A DNA stretch of 57,153 bases, from positions 1 through 57,153 of the forward strand of contig JACZYA010000002.1 of assembly GCA_022571295.1 (NCBI GenBank), in the 5' to 3' direction. Both the position numbers and the translations under genes were made by a program. The DNA comes from Acidobacteriota bacterium (GTDB lineage Bacteria > Acidobacteriota > Terriglobia > Acidiferrales > 2-02-FULL-67-57). Each line of letters begins with the position of its first letter. Position 1 is the stretch's first letter. The notes below the pieces were generated by a model. That model ran no database searches and was not told the origin of the DNA. It saw only the letters and a program-made list of their open reading frames with translations. This document shows positions 18,855 to 34,616 of this stretch, piece by piece.

Positions 18855-20323
18855 GCGTCCTCCGGTGCGGGCCTGATGATACTAAGAAGCCAACCGACCA
18901 GAAAAGTTGCCAGCGTACCCACCAGCACGTACCAGGTCCAGGCCAGGTTGGTAAAGAACTTGACGTAGAGCAGCAAGACGAGCCCGGCCAACATCCCGGC
19001 GGCCGCTCCGGTGGGCGTGGCGCGCGGCACCAGGCGGCCGAGCAGGAAGAGTCCCAGCAGGGAGCCGTAGGTGATGGAGGCGATGGCTAGCCCGGCTTCC
19101 AGCACCGAGCCCCAACCGCGCGCTAGCATGGCCAGGGCAACCAGCACGCCGCCCCACGCCAGCGTCACCCAGCGCGAGCGTCGCAGCAGTTGCGCGGGAC
19201 TAACGGTGCCGCTGCCGAAAAGACGGTGGAAGTCAACTACGGTGGAAGCCGCCAGTGAATTGAGGGTGGAGCTGGAAGTGGACATGGCGGCGGCCAGCAC
19301 GCCCGCCACCATCAGCCCGCTGAGGCCGGTGGGCAGGTGCGTCACCATGAAGGTGGGGAAGATGCGGTCGGGGTTGTCGAACGCCACGCCCGGCTGCGTG
19401 CTGTTGAGTTGGTAGAAGACATAGAGCCAAACGCCGATCAACAGGAACAGGACGAACTGCCCGAAGACAATGAAACCACTGGCGATCAGCGCTCGGCGGC
19501 TTTCGCGCAGGTTGCGGGCGGCCAGCAGGCGCTGCACCATGAGCTGGTCGGTGCCGTGGCTGGCCATGCTGAGGAAGGTGCCGCCCAGCAGGCCCGCCCA
19601 GAAGGTGTAGGTTTTGTCCCAGGCGAAGGAGAAGTCCAGGAAGGTCAGCTTGTCCGCCGCCAGGCTTTGAACCAAGGCATAGGGGACCTGCTCGAGCAGC
19701 AGCCAGAGTGAAACCAGGCCGCCGCCAATGTAGATGAAGAACAGAACCACGTCGGTCCAGATAACGGCCTTCATCCCGCCCAGGAAGGTGAAGAGCAGCG
19801 TCAGGCTCATCACCACCAGTACGGCGGTGAGTTCGGCCACCCGCACCTGCCGGTCGGTGAAGAGGCCGATCACGCGCGGCAGCACCAGTTGCACCACGAT
19901 GGCGATGGCCCACAGGCGCACCGCGTCGGCCAGCGCGCGCGTCACCAGGAAGAGCGCCGCCGCCAGCTGCCGCGTGACCTCCCCGAAGCGCCGCTCGATG
20001 TATTGGTAGGCGGTCAGAAGCTCCCCACGGAAATACTGCGGCAGCAGCAGGAAGCTGATCAGGAAGCGGGCAACGATGTAGCCCAGGGCAAGTTGCAGGA
20101 AGGCCATGTTCGAGCCGTAGGCCAGGGCGGGGATGCCGATGATGGTCAGGGTCGAAGTCTCGGTGGCGACGATCGAAAGCGAGATGGCCCACCAGGGCGT
20201 GGTGCGGCGGCCGAGGAAGTAGTCGTTGATGTCGTGCTGGTGTCGGCGGAAGTAAGCGCCCAGCAGGGTGACGCCGGCCAGGAAGGCAACAACGATAATC
20301 AGGTCGAGCCGGCCAAAACCCAA
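18851..20323 (-). CDS. Sodium:solute symporter (SSS) family transporter
   Basis: 490 aa, polytopic. The TTG start is preceded by GGGAGGGA at 4-nt spacing. Confidence 0.8.
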   Translation of the reverse strand: MGFGRLDLIIVVAFLAGVTLLGAYFRRHQHDINDYFLGRRTTPWWAISLSIVATETSTLTIIGIPALAYGSNMAFLQLALGYIVARFLISFLLLPQYFRGELLTAYQYIERRFGEVTRQLAAALFLVTRALADAVRLWAIAIVVQLVLPRVIGLFTDRQVRVAELTAVLVVMSLTLLFTFLGGMKAVIWTDVVLFFIYIGGGLVSLWLLLEQVPYALVQSLAADKLTFLDFSFAWDKTYTFWAGLLGGTFLSMASHGTDQLMVQRLLAARNLRESRRALIASGFIVFGQFVLFLLIGVWLYVFYQLNSTQPGVAFDNPDRIFPTFMVTHLPTGLSGLMVAGVLAAAMSTSSSTLNSLAASTVVDFHRLFGSGTVSPAQLLRRSRWVTLAWGGVLVALAMLARGWGSVLEAGLAIASITYGSLLGLFLLGRLVPRATPTGAAAGMLAGLVLLLYVKFFTNLAWTWYVLVGTLATFLVGWLLSIIRPAPEDA

Positions 20324-20439
20324 GCAGTCCCTCCCGTCGCCCGGCGCTTGAGATGCACGCGGAGTCTACTGGAAGCGCGGCACACAGGCAAGGTTGCATG
20401 AAGCGGCCAAGTGCTGTGCTATGCTAACCGGAAATTGCG

Positions 20440-21378
20440 ATGGGTTTTTTTCTCGGCATTGACGGCGGCGGCAGCAAGACCGAGTGCGTGTTGGGGGACG
20501 CCTCGGGCGCGGTGCTGGCGCGCGCCGTCGGAGCCGGTGCCAACCTGCGCCGCACCGACGCTACTTCGCTGCGGCAGCTTCTCAGCGATTGTTTCCGGGA
20601 ATTGCGCCGTTCCGCCAGCCTGCACGCGTTGGACTGCGATGTGGTCTGCGCGGGTTTCGCCGGTGCAGGACAACCGGAACCTCAACAGATGGCACGCGCG
20701 GTGTTGGCAGAACTGCTGCGCCCCCGCTGGCTCTACGTGCTGGGCGACATGGAAGTAGCGTTGGAGGCGGCTGTGGGCGGCGGCTGCGGCGTAGTGTTGC
20801 TGGCCGGCACCGGTTCGATTGCCTACGGCCGCAACGGCAAGGGAGAGGTGGCGCGGGCAGGAGGCGAAGGCCCGGCGGTGGGCGACGAAGGCAGCGGCTA
20901 CGCTATCGGGCGCGCTGCCGTCGAGGCCGTTCTGCAGGCCGGAAAAGACCGCGCGCCAGAGACACGCTTGACCAAGCCCCTCTGCGACGCCCTGCGCGTT
21001 TCCCGTCCGGAAGAATTATCCCAGCGCATCTCGCCCGCCAATGCCGCCGAGTTGGCGGCGCTGCTTCCCGTGGTGGTTGAGGCGGCCAGAGCGGGTGACA
21101 CCACCGCCCGAGAGATTTTGCGGCAGGCAGGGGAGGTACTGGCCGGGGTGGCGGTGAAGGTTTTGCAGCAGCTCGATCTTTTGATCGGGGATGTGCGGCT
21201 GGCAACTAGCGGCGGCGTCTTTGCGGCCAGCGAGGAAGTGTTCAACGGGGTGCGCACTGTTATCGCGCGGGTGGCGCCGCGCGTGGGTGTGGAGAGGCTG
21301 GTAGTGTCTCCGGCCGAAGGGGCCTTGCGGCTGGGCCAGCGGCTGTGGCTGGAGGAAAGCGCCGGGGGTCGTAAGTAG
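20440..21378 (+). CDS. BadF/BadG/BcrA/BcrD-type ATPase, N-acetylglucosamine/MurNAc kinase-like
   Basis: 'FLGIDGGGSKTECVL' and 'LLAGTGSIAYG' are ASKHA-fold phosphate loops; 312 aa. Confidence 0.8.
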   Translation: MGFFLGIDGGGSKTECVLGDASGAVLARAVGAGANLRRTDATSLRQLLSDCFRELRRSASLHALDCDVVCAGFAGAGQPEPQQMARAVLAELLRPRWLYVLGDMEVALEAAVGGGCGVVLLAGTGSIAYGRNGKGEVARAGGEGPAVGDEGSGYAIGRAAVEAVLQAGKDRAPETRLTKPLCDALRVSRPEELSQRISPANAAELAALLPVVVEAARAGDTTAREILRQAGEVLAGVAVKVLQQLDLLIGDVRLATSGGVFAASEEVFNGVRTVIARVAPRVGVERLVVSPAEGALRLGQRLWLEESAGGRK

Positions 21379-21383
21379 AAGCG

Positions 21384-22160
21384 ATGGCCGACGTGGAAGA
21401 ACGCGTCCAGCGAGCCGAGCGCGGCGGGGCGGACGAGATTGCCTTGCTGCTGCATGACCCGGCGCAAGAAGTGCTGGAAGCGCTGCTGCGGAATCCCTCG
21501 CTGAGCGAAGAGCACCTCTTGATTTTGCTCAGCCGCAAGAACCTCCCGGAGGAGTTACTGAAAGCCGTCGCCGGTCATCGGAAGCTGGCCGAGAGCCAGC
21601 GGGTGAAGGCGGCGCTGGTGCTCAACCCCAAGACGCCACGGCTGCTCTCACTCAAGTTGATGAAGTTCCTCTACCTGTTTGACCTAGTGCGGGTGAGCCT
21701 CCAGCCGGCGGTTCCGACGGAGATCAAGCGGCTGGCCGAAAACCAGGTCATCGGTCGGTTGAAGCAGTTGCCGTTGGGACAGCAGGTCAGCCTGGCGCGG
21801 CGCGCTTCGGCGCGGGTGGCAGCGGCGTTGTTGGGCCAGGGAAACCCGCCGGTGATTGCGCCCGTCCTGGACAATCCCTATCTGACCGAAGCGGCCGTGC
21901 TTTCGGTGCTGCGACGGGAGGAGCTGCCCGGCGCGGTCGTAGAGGTGCTGGCGCACCATCCCAAGTGGTCGCAGCGCTACGACGTTCGGGTGCAACTGGT
22001 GCGCCACCCGCTCACACCGCTGGCGGTGGCGTTGGGTTTCCTGCCCGCGCTCAAGCCGGAAGACCTGCGCGTGCTGGTGGAGGACAAGAGCATGAACCCA
22101 GCCCTGCGGGACTACCTGCGGGCTGAAGTGGATCGCCGCCTGCGCCGTCGCCACCCCTAA
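21384..22160 (+). CDS. Hypothetical alpha-helical repeat protein (leucine-rich-repeat-variant/HEAT-like)
   Basis: 258 aa with recurring 'NP..(S/T)P..L..L' units (NPSLSEEHLLILL, NPKTPRLLSL, NPYLTEAAVLSVL, HPLTPLAVAL). It starts 5 nt after the kinase gene. Confidence 0.5.
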   Translation: MADVEERVQRAERGGADEIALLLHDPAQEVLEALLRNPSLSEEHLLILLSRKNLPEELLKAVAGHRKLAESQRVKAALVLNPKTPRLLSLKLMKFLYLFDLVRVSLQPAVPTEIKRLAENQVIGRLKQLPLGQQVSLARRASARVAAALLGQGNPPVIAPVLDNPYLTEAAVLSVLRREELPGAVVEVLAHHPKWSQRYDVRVQLVRHPLTPLAVALGFLPALKPEDLRVLVEDKSMNPALRDYLRAEVDRRLRRRHP

Positions 22161-22876
22161 GGTTTTTGGGTGGGGCGGAGCAAGACTTCGCTGACAAAGC
22201 TCTGCGGCTCCTGTTCCAGCAGCCAACCCACCACCCGGGCCACGTCACCGGCTTGCAGCATTTTTTTCGGGTCCTTGCCCGCGTGGGGGGTGAATTCCGT
22301 GTGCACACTGCCCGGACAGATAACGCTGACGCGGATGTGGTAGCGGCGCAGGTCTTCCGCCATGCAGTAGGTCAGCCCTTGCAAGCCCCACTTGGAGGCG
22401 CAGTAGGCGCTGCCGCCCGCAAAGGCGTTCTTTCCCGCCAGCGAGCTGATGTTGACGATGTGGCCGCTCTGCTGCTGGATCATCTGCGGGATGACGGCCT
22501 TGGAGCAGTAGAAGACGCCGCGCAGGTTGGTGTTGAGTTGCCGGTCCCAGTCGGCCTCCGAGAGCCGGTGCACAGGAGCATAGACGCCCACCCCGGCGTT
22601 GTTCACCAGCACGTCCACCCGCCCGCCCCAATCCAGCAACTCTTGGAAGGCAGTTTCGACTTGGCGGGCCTCCTGTACGTCGCAGGCCAGGGCCCGCACG
22701 GCGGGAGCTGCGCCTTCGAGCTTGCGGGCGGCTTCCTGCAAGAGCTTTTGGTTGCGGGCCAGCAGGCCCAGACGATATCCGCGCCGTGCCAGCTCTGCCG
22801 CCACCTCGATGCCGATGCCGCGGCTGGCCCCGGTGACGATGGCGACCGGAGATGAATTTCCCGACGATGCGCTCAT
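22157..22876 (-). CDS. Short-chain dehydrogenase/reductase (SDR)
   Basis: 'VTGASRGIG', 'NNAG' and the 'YCASK' catalytic YxxxK. The start was moved to ATG 22876, which is preceded by AGGAGG. Confidence 0.88.
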   Translation of the reverse strand: MSASSGNSSPVAIVTGASRGIGIEVAAELARRGYRLGLLARNQKLLQEAARKLEGAAPAVRALACDVQEARQVETAFQELLDWGGRVDVLVNNAGVGVYAPVHRLSEADWDRQLNTNLRGVFYCSKAVIPQMIQQQSGHIVNISSLAGKNAFAGGSAYCASKWGLQGLTYCMAEDLRRYHIRVSVICPGSVHTEFTPHAGKDPKKMLQAGDVARVVGWLLEQEPQSFVSEVLLRPTQKP

Positions 22877-22989
22877 GGAATCCTCCTGTGCGCTGGAAGC
22901 GAATTTCCCAGGAAACATTTTGCCCCCAAGCGTCATCTTACCAGTGAGGAGGGCGTGTGCGGAGGGCCGCCGCGAGAGGAAACTAGCTC

Positions 22990-23018
22990 TTGCGCCCTGA
23001 GCGTGCGATGCCTATAAT
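22990..23018 (+). promoter_or_regulatory. Sigma-70-like promoter candidate for the 23093 gene
   Basis: TTGCGC - 17 nt - TATAAT, read directly, about 75 nt upstream of the start codon. Confidence 0.4.
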
Positions 23019-23092
23019 CGCCCGCTGTGCTGGGCGAAGAATCTCTCCCGGATGGTCTGGAAGCATATAGGAACGTAAGGAGGCAGGAACGA

Positions 23093-24421
23093 ATGACACG
23101 GCAACCAACCCTTCTCTCCACCTTGGCGGTTGTAATTCTGTTGGCAGGAGGGGCCGGGCAGCTTTTTGCCCAGCAGGCCCCACCCTACGGGGTGGAGGAG
23201 TACAACGCCTACGTGGCCACCGCCCGCGCCCAGAATCCGGGCGAGCAGTTGCAGGCTATTGATTCTTTCCTGCTGAGGTATCCGCAATCGGTGTTGCGCG
23301 CGTTTGTCTATCCGACCCAGGCCCAGGCCGCCTTTGGGCTGAAGAATTACAATAAAGCGATGGAGGCCGTGGACGCCTTCTGGGGATTGGATCGTGCGCA
23401 GGTTACAGAGACGTACAGGCAGTCCAAGTACAACGACTCCCAGATCGAGAATTCTTATTTCAGCACCCTGATTTTGTTCACCTACAGCTTCCTGCAAACG
23501 GTGAGCAACGGCACCGCGCCGCCGGACGCATTGATGACCAGGGCCGCTGAGCGGGCCGGGGAGGGCCTGCGACTCCACGCACGCCTGTATGGCCCGGCCC
23601 AGCCGCCGGCCGATGCCGCAGCGCGGCAGCAATTCGAGCAGCAGAAACAGCAGCAGGAAGCCGCCTTCCACAGCGTGCTCTCGTTCGTCGCTTGGCGCGG
23701 CAAGGACTACACCCAGGCGGCGCGTGAGTACACCTACCTGGTGGAGAAGAACCCCAACCAGGCCGTGCCCAATTATCGGCTGGGATTGTCCCTGTTGCAG
23801 AAAAACTCGCCTGACTACTTGCATGGGTTCTGGCACGTGGCGCGGGCGATTGCGTTCAATGTGGGCCGCAAGGACGACGTAAAAGAGTTTCTGACTAACC
23901 GCGTGGCGGCTTACCAGCAGGTGGTGCCGTCCTGTATTGAGGGTGATGTGGCCGACATCATCACCCAGTCCACCCAGTCGGTGCATCCCCCGGCGGGCTG
24001 GTCGCTGGTGGGCGCCGACCAGGTGAATGCCGTCCGCCAAGACATGAGCGTCCGGCGCATCTTCGACGACTTGCAGGCCGGCGGTGAGGCCGGGCGCTTG
24101 ATGTGGCTGGCCAGCTGCGGCACGGAAATTGGAGCGGACGAAAATGCCCAGCCGCAAATGGCGGTGTTGCTGGTGGAAATCGCCCAGTCGGAAGAGAATC
24201 AGGTGACCCTTAGGGTCGCCGCCGGCCAGGAGGCCGCTGACTCCAAGACCCCGAACATGGAATTAGTCTTGGACGATCCCGCCGCGGCGGACGGTCTGAA
24301 GGCGCAAGATGTGGTGCGGATTGCCGGCCAGTTGGACAGCTACCAGAGCGGACCGCCGTTTATCCTCCATCTTTCCAAGGGAAAGGTCACGAAAGCCGAC
24401 GACATGGTGGAAGAAGAGTAG
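23093..24421 (+). CDS. Secreted hypothetical protein (N-terminal TPR-like helical region)
   Basis: AAGGAGG precedes ATG 23093. The signal peptide is 'MTRQPTLLSTLAVVILLAGGAGQLFAQQ'. I recognise no catalytic motif. Confidence 0.6.
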   Translation: MTRQPTLLSTLAVVILLAGGAGQLFAQQAPPYGVEEYNAYVATARAQNPGEQLQAIDSFLLRYPQSVLRAFVYPTQAQAAFGLKNYNKAMEAVDAFWGLDRAQVTETYRQSKYNDSQIENSYFSTLILFTYSFLQTVSNGTAPPDALMTRAAERAGEGLRLHARLYGPAQPPADAAARQQFEQQKQQQEAAFHSVLSFVAWRGKDYTQAAREYTYLVEKNPNQAVPNYRLGLSLLQKNSPDYLHGFWHVARAIAFNVGRKDDVKEFLTNRVAAYQQVVPSCIEGDVADIITQSTQSVHPPAGWSLVGADQVNAVRQDMSVRRIFDDLQAGGEAGRLMWLASCGTEIGADENAQPQMAVLLVEIAQSEENQVTLRVAAGQEAADSKTPNMELVLDDPAAADGLKAQDVVRIAGQLDSYQSGPPFILHLSKGKVTKADDMVEEE

Positions 24422-24541
24422 CTTACGAGTGTTTGGGGAGGCGTCCCGGCAAGGTGCCGCCGCTCCCTGAGAATGAGAATTCGGCTCCCTTTCGCCGTTG
24501 GCGAGAGGGAGCTTTTTCTTTTGCGCTCGGGCCGGGCGGAT

Positions 24542-24760
24542 TTACCGGCGGCGATGGTTGCGGCTGAACTTGTAGAGATCCATCTTCCGGCTCAAGGTAT
24601 TGCGGTGGATGCCCAGGACTTTGGCGGTGCGGAGTTGGTTTCCGCCGTGGCTGTCGAGAGTTTTTCGAATGAACCGCTTTTCAAACTCCTGCAACGCTTC
24701 GTTCAGAAGAATCCCGCGTCCCACCAATTGATTGACCAGAGCCTCGAGTTGGTCTCTCAC
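24542..24760 (-). CDS. Small Fis-family helix-turn-helix DNA-binding protein
   Basis: 72 aa ending '...FEKRFIRKTLDSHGGNQLRTAKVLGIHRNTLSRKMDLYKF', like Fis or the NtrC C-terminal HTH. GTG start at 24760 after GGGGAGGGG. The longer track ORF overlaps purC and was rejected. Confidence 0.7.
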   Translation of the reverse strand: MRDQLEALVNQLVGRGILLNEALQEFEKRFIRKTLDSHGGNQLRTAKVLGIHRNTLSRKMDLYKFSRNHRRR

Positions 24761-24825
24761 GGTCGCCCCTCCCCTGAACCGCTTAGTGAATTTCGCCTTT
24801 CTGCTCCCCTCACAAATACTGCTAG

Positions 24826-25761
24826 CTAGGTTCCTGCTGCCGGCGCGGGCAGCTCCCGGCCCGTCAACCGCCGGTAAGCTTCGCGGTAGCGCTGACGGGT
24901 CGCCTCGATGATGTCCGGAGGTAAAGAAGGCGCCGGAGGCTGCTTGTTCCACCCGCTCTTCTCCAGGTAGTCTCGCACCAGTTGTTTGTCGAAAGGCGGC
25001 TGCGACCGGCCGGGCTGATACCCATCGGCGGCCCAGAAGCGCGAAGAGTCAGGGGTCAGCACCTCGTCCACCAGCAGTAAGCGTTGGCTGCCCTCCGACC
25101 CCACTTCGTGGCCGAATTCAAACTTGGTGTCGGCCAGCAGCAGGCCCCGGCTGCTGGTGTAGTCAGCCGCTTTCCGGAAGATGCCGAGTGAAAGGGAGCG
25201 CAGCTCTTCGGCCAGTGCGCCGCCCACTTGCTGCGCCATTTGGTCGAAGCTGATGTTTTGGTCGTGGCCGCTGGTGGCCTTGGTGGCCGGGGTGAAAATC
25301 GGCTCCGGCAACTGCTCGGACTCGCGCAGTCCCGCCGGCAGTTGCACGCCGCAGATGCGGCCCGTTTGGCGATACTCCTTCCAGCTTGAGCCTGCCAGGT
25401 AGCCGCGCACCACGCATTCAATCGGAACCACTTGTGCGCGCCGCACCAGCATCGCCCGGCCGTCCAGTTGCGCGCGGTGGCGGCGGGCCGCCGGCGGGAA
25501 CTCGTCCACGGTGGCGGTCAGGAAGTGGGTGGGCACTAGGTCACGCAGAAATTCGAACCAGAACACGGAGAGCTGGGTCAGGACACGGCCCTTGTCGGGA
25601 ATCCCGGAGAGAAGCACCACGTCAAAGGCGGAAATGCGGTCGCTGGCGACAATCAGCAGGCGGTCGCCCAGGGCATAGAGGTCGCGGACTTTGCCACGGG
25701 CGAACGGCTCGACGCCGGGCAACTCCGTCTTTAGCAATAAAGTGTGCAGTGTAGCTTCCAC
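24826..25761 (-). CDS. purC: Phosphoribosylaminoimidazole-succinocarboxamide (SAICAR) synthase
   Basis: 311 aa: 'RGKVRDLY', 'ASDRISAFD' and 'LLLADTKFEFG'. The GTG start position is uncertain. Confidence 0.92.
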   Translation of the reverse strand: MEATLHTLLLKTELPGVEPFARGKVRDLYALGDRLLIVASDRISAFDVVLLSGIPDKGRVLTQLSVFWFEFLRDLVPTHFLTATVDEFPPAARRHRAQLDGRAMLVRRAQVVPIECVVRGYLAGSSWKEYRQTGRICGVQLPAGLRESEQLPEPIFTPATKATSGHDQNISFDQMAQQVGGALAEELRSLSLGIFRKAADYTSSRGLLLADTKFEFGHEVGSEGSQRLLLVDEVLTPDSSRFWAADGYQPGRSQPPFDKQLVRDYLEKSGWNKQPPAPSLPPDIIEATRQRYREAYRRLTGRELPAPAAGT

Positions 25762-25860
25762 GGTTGTGAGGACGGCGGCATTCTAGTCAACCAGGGAGGA
25801 AAGTCAATGGAAAGGAAAAGCGAAGGGAAAAACTTTGCACACGCGCTCTGAAGCGCCCGG

Positions 25861-29634
<3,774 letters not shown>

Positions 29635-29878
29635 ACGCGCCTCCCTGTCACCAAATTCAGATGCAATCCGAGAGCGAGGAGGGTTATTCCCGGAGAACGT
29701 TTGGCAGGCCAAAATGGCTCCAGCCACAAGATGTAGGCGCTACGTTGCGGAACAGCGCAAATCCTAGCACAGCCCCAAGGGCTTGTAAAGAAAATGAGTG
29801 AAAAAGTGCGGCGCCTCTCTTGCGCTCTCCGGCCTGCCCCGCTTCTCATTTCCACCTCCACCACAGTCCGGAAGAGGT

Positions 29879-29926
29879 GCCTGTCTGCCCCGCCTACCCG
29901 CCACGGCGGGCAAGCCGCAGGCAGGC
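29879..29926. repeat. GC-rich imperfect hairpin repeat (gcctgtctgc ... gcaggcaggc)
   Basis: 10-bp outer stem (one G-U pair) enclosing a cccgc-cacg-gcggg inner hairpin. It has the same architecture as 42381-42440. Confidence 0.5.
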
Positions 29927-29954
29927 GCAGCAGGCCTCTGTGGCAAACCGGCTG

Positions 29955-32158
<2,204 letters not shown>

Positions 32159-32259
32159 TGTTTCACCGTCCTTCCCCGCTTTGAAGGGCGGGTGCAGAGC
32201 ACCTCTTCCAAGCTGTCTTTTCTCTTAGGCCCCGGACGGGGCAAGCCCTTACTTGTTGC

Positions 32260-32979
32260 TCAGCCGACCTCCACTGCTTCGCCGGCCTTGGTTTCCTCCA
32301 CGATGCGGCCGTCGAAAAGGTGGATGGCCCTCTCCGCGTGCTTGGCGTAGCGGGTGTCGTGGGTCACCATGCAGACGGTGGCGCCGTCCTGATGCAACTC
32401 GCGCAGCAGCTCCATCACCGCCTCGCCGTTCTTCGAGTCCAGGTTCCCGGTGGGCTCGTCCGCCAGCAGGATCAGCGGCCGCCCCACCAGCGCCCGCGCC
32501 ACCGCTACCCGCTGTTGCTGACCGCCGGAAAGCTGGCTGGGCAAATGCTTGGCCCGGTGCCCCATGCCGACTTTGTCCAGCGCTTCACCCACTCGCTCCC
32601 GGCGCTCGGCCGCCGCCATGCCGCGATAGGTGAGCGGCAGCTCGACGTTCTCGAACACGCTCAGGTCGCCGATCAGGTTGAAGTTCTGGAAGATGAACCC
32701 GATCTCCTGGTTGCGGATGCGGGTGCGCTCCGCCAGCGAGAGCTCGGCCACCGGCTTCTCATTCAGCCAGTAACCCCCCTCGGTGGGCGAATCCAGCAGA
32801 CCCAGCAACGAGAGCAGCGTGGACTTGCCGCAGCCCGAGGGGCCGGCAATAGCGACGTACTCGCCCTGCCGGAGCTCCAGGTGGATGCCAGCCAGCGCGT
32901 GCGTTTCCACCTCATCGGTGTAGAACACCTTGGTCAGGCCCTCGAGCCGAATCAAGGGTTGAGCGGATGCGTTCATCAT
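32260..32979 (-). CDS. ABC transporter ATP-binding protein (MacB/LolD type)
   Basis: 'GPSGCGKSTLL', 'LSGGQQQRVAVARAL' and 'LLADEPTGNLD'; 239 aa. Confidence 0.93.
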   Translation of the reverse strand: MMNASAQPLIRLEGLTKVFYTDEVETHALAGIHLELRQGEYVAIAGPSGCGKSTLLSLLGLLDSPTEGGYWLNEKPVAELSLAERTRIRNQEIGFIFQNFNLIGDLSVFENVELPLTYRGMAAAERRERVGEALDKVGMGHRAKHLPSQLSGGQQQRVAVARALVGRPLILLADEPTGNLDSKNGEAVMELLRELHQDGATVCMVTHDTRYAKHAERAIHLFDGRIVEETKAGEAVEVG

Positions 32980-33012
32980 TATTTTTTCCTCCGTCCTGCT
33001 TCTGGTGCGAAA

Positions 33013-34266
33013 TCAATTCAACCGAATGCGGTCAAAAGCGTCCCAGGCGGACGTATCCGACAGAATCACCTGGTCGCCCACTTGCAAACCTTCCACAATC
33101 TCAAAGGTGGTCACCGAGCCGCGCCCCAGTTTCACCCGCACGCGCACGGCGGTCTTGCCATCCTCCAGCAGCTTGAACAGGCCCACCGTGCTGTTGGGCT
33201 GGCCGTAAGCCGGGCGGCCGAGGTAGAGCACGTCTTCCAAGCGCTCCAGCTCGATGGTGCCGTCCACGCTCAGGTTGGGTCGCGTGCCCCTCGGATATGG
33301 CCGCTCCAGCGAGACGTCCACCGTTACAGTACCGCCTTGCGCCGCCGGATCCACGCGCATGACGCGGCCCGCGACCACGCCGTTGCGAGTGTCGATGGAA
33401 ACCGGCAGGCCAACCCGGATGTCCCGCGCCTGCGTCTCCGGAATCCGGAGCTCGGCCTTCAGTTGCCCCGGCACGGCCACCCGCGCGAGGTTGAAGCCGG
33501 GCGTAACCTGCTGTCCGACTTCCACCGGCAGTTGCTGCAAGATGCCTGCAATGCCGGCCCGCACCCGCAGCGCCTGCACCTGCCGACGGCGAAGGTTATA
33601 AAGAGCGCGGCGCTGCTCCACCTCCGCCTGCTTGGCCTCCAACTGAGCTTCGACTGACTTGGAGACGATGGCCAGGCGCTGCTGCTCAAGCTGGTGGCGC
33701 GTCGTCAGCGAATTGGCTCGGGCCGTGGACTGCCTGACAATCAATTCGGAAATCAGCCCCGCGTTGGCCAGCTCCTGGTCGCTCTCGGCCTGGAGCTTAG
33801 CCTGGATGTAATCCGACTCGATGGCGGCGGCGCCCGCCCGCTGGGTCATCGCCTGACTTTCAAGCTGGATGCGCAGGTTCGCGTACTCCGCTTCCGACCG
33901 CTTGAGGTCCATCTTCGCGGCCAGGGCAGTCTGCACCAGTTCGGGATTACTCAACTCGAGTATGACGGTGTCGGGCTGCACCTCCGCGCCGGGCAGCACC
34001 ACGCGCCGTTCCACGCGGCCTTCGGTGACCGCGGGAATCCAGCGAATCTCCTCCGGCACCAGCGTGCCCGTGCCTCGCACCTGGCGAATCATCTCCCCTC
34101 GCTTTACCGTGTCCATCCAAACCGTGGCTCGCTCCACGCTGGGAGCGGCGGGTTCCAGACGAGAAAGTCCCAGGGTGATCAGCAAAACCACAACCAAGCC
34201 GCCGGTGCCGTAAATGATCCGGCGAATCCGCTTCTTGCGGCCTATACCCTTGCGCTGAATATCCAT
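33013..34266 (-). CDS. Periplasmic adaptor (membrane fusion protein, HlyD/MacA family)
   Basis: N-terminal TM helix, long coiled-coil hairpin (LQAESDQ...EAKQAEVEQRR), and barrel-sandwich and beta-barrel segments. Start ATG 34266 follows GGAGG. Confidence 0.85.
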   Translation of the reverse strand: MDIQRKGIGRKKRIRRIIYGTGGLVVVLLITLGLSRLEPAAPSVERATVWMDTVKRGEMIRQVRGTGTLVPEEIRWIPAVTEGRVERRVVLPGAEVQPDTVILELSNPELVQTALAAKMDLKRSEAEYANLRIQLESQAMTQRAGAAAIESDYIQAKLQAESDQELANAGLISELIVRQSTARANSLTTRHQLEQQRLAIVSKSVEAQLEAKQAEVEQRRALYNLRRRQVQALRVRAGIAGILQQLPVEVGQQVTPGFNLARVAVPGQLKAELRIPETQARDIRVGLPVSIDTRNGVVAGRVMRVDPAAQGGTVTVDVSLERPYPRGTRPNLSVDGTIELERLEDVLYLGRPAYGQPNSTVGLFKLLEDGKTAVRVRVKLGRGSVTTFEIVEGLQVGDQVILSDTSAWDAFDRIRLN

Positions 34267-34616
34267 AGTCATCCTCCACAGAAAGATAGGCAAGCGCTGT
34301 TCCATCGTGGTCTGGAGTTCAACCCGCTGAATACACTTGGGTTAATAGCTGGGTGGCCGCCGTAGCGGGCGCGAAAGTGTCCGCTTCTGCGACCGAGCTG
34401 TCGCGGAACCGAACACCCATTTCCAACCGGCCGCAAGCACCGGACCCGGCAAAACCTTCTTCCTTCCAGAGCCGCTTCCTAGCCGAGAGTAAGGTTGCCG
34501 ACACTTTGGCGGGAAGCCGTTTGGCCGCGAACCCCTCCAGAACTCCCACCGCCCCCGTCCACGACCGCTACGCGTCTCTCTTCTCGCTACCTCACATTAT
34601 TCAATCATGGCTCTTT

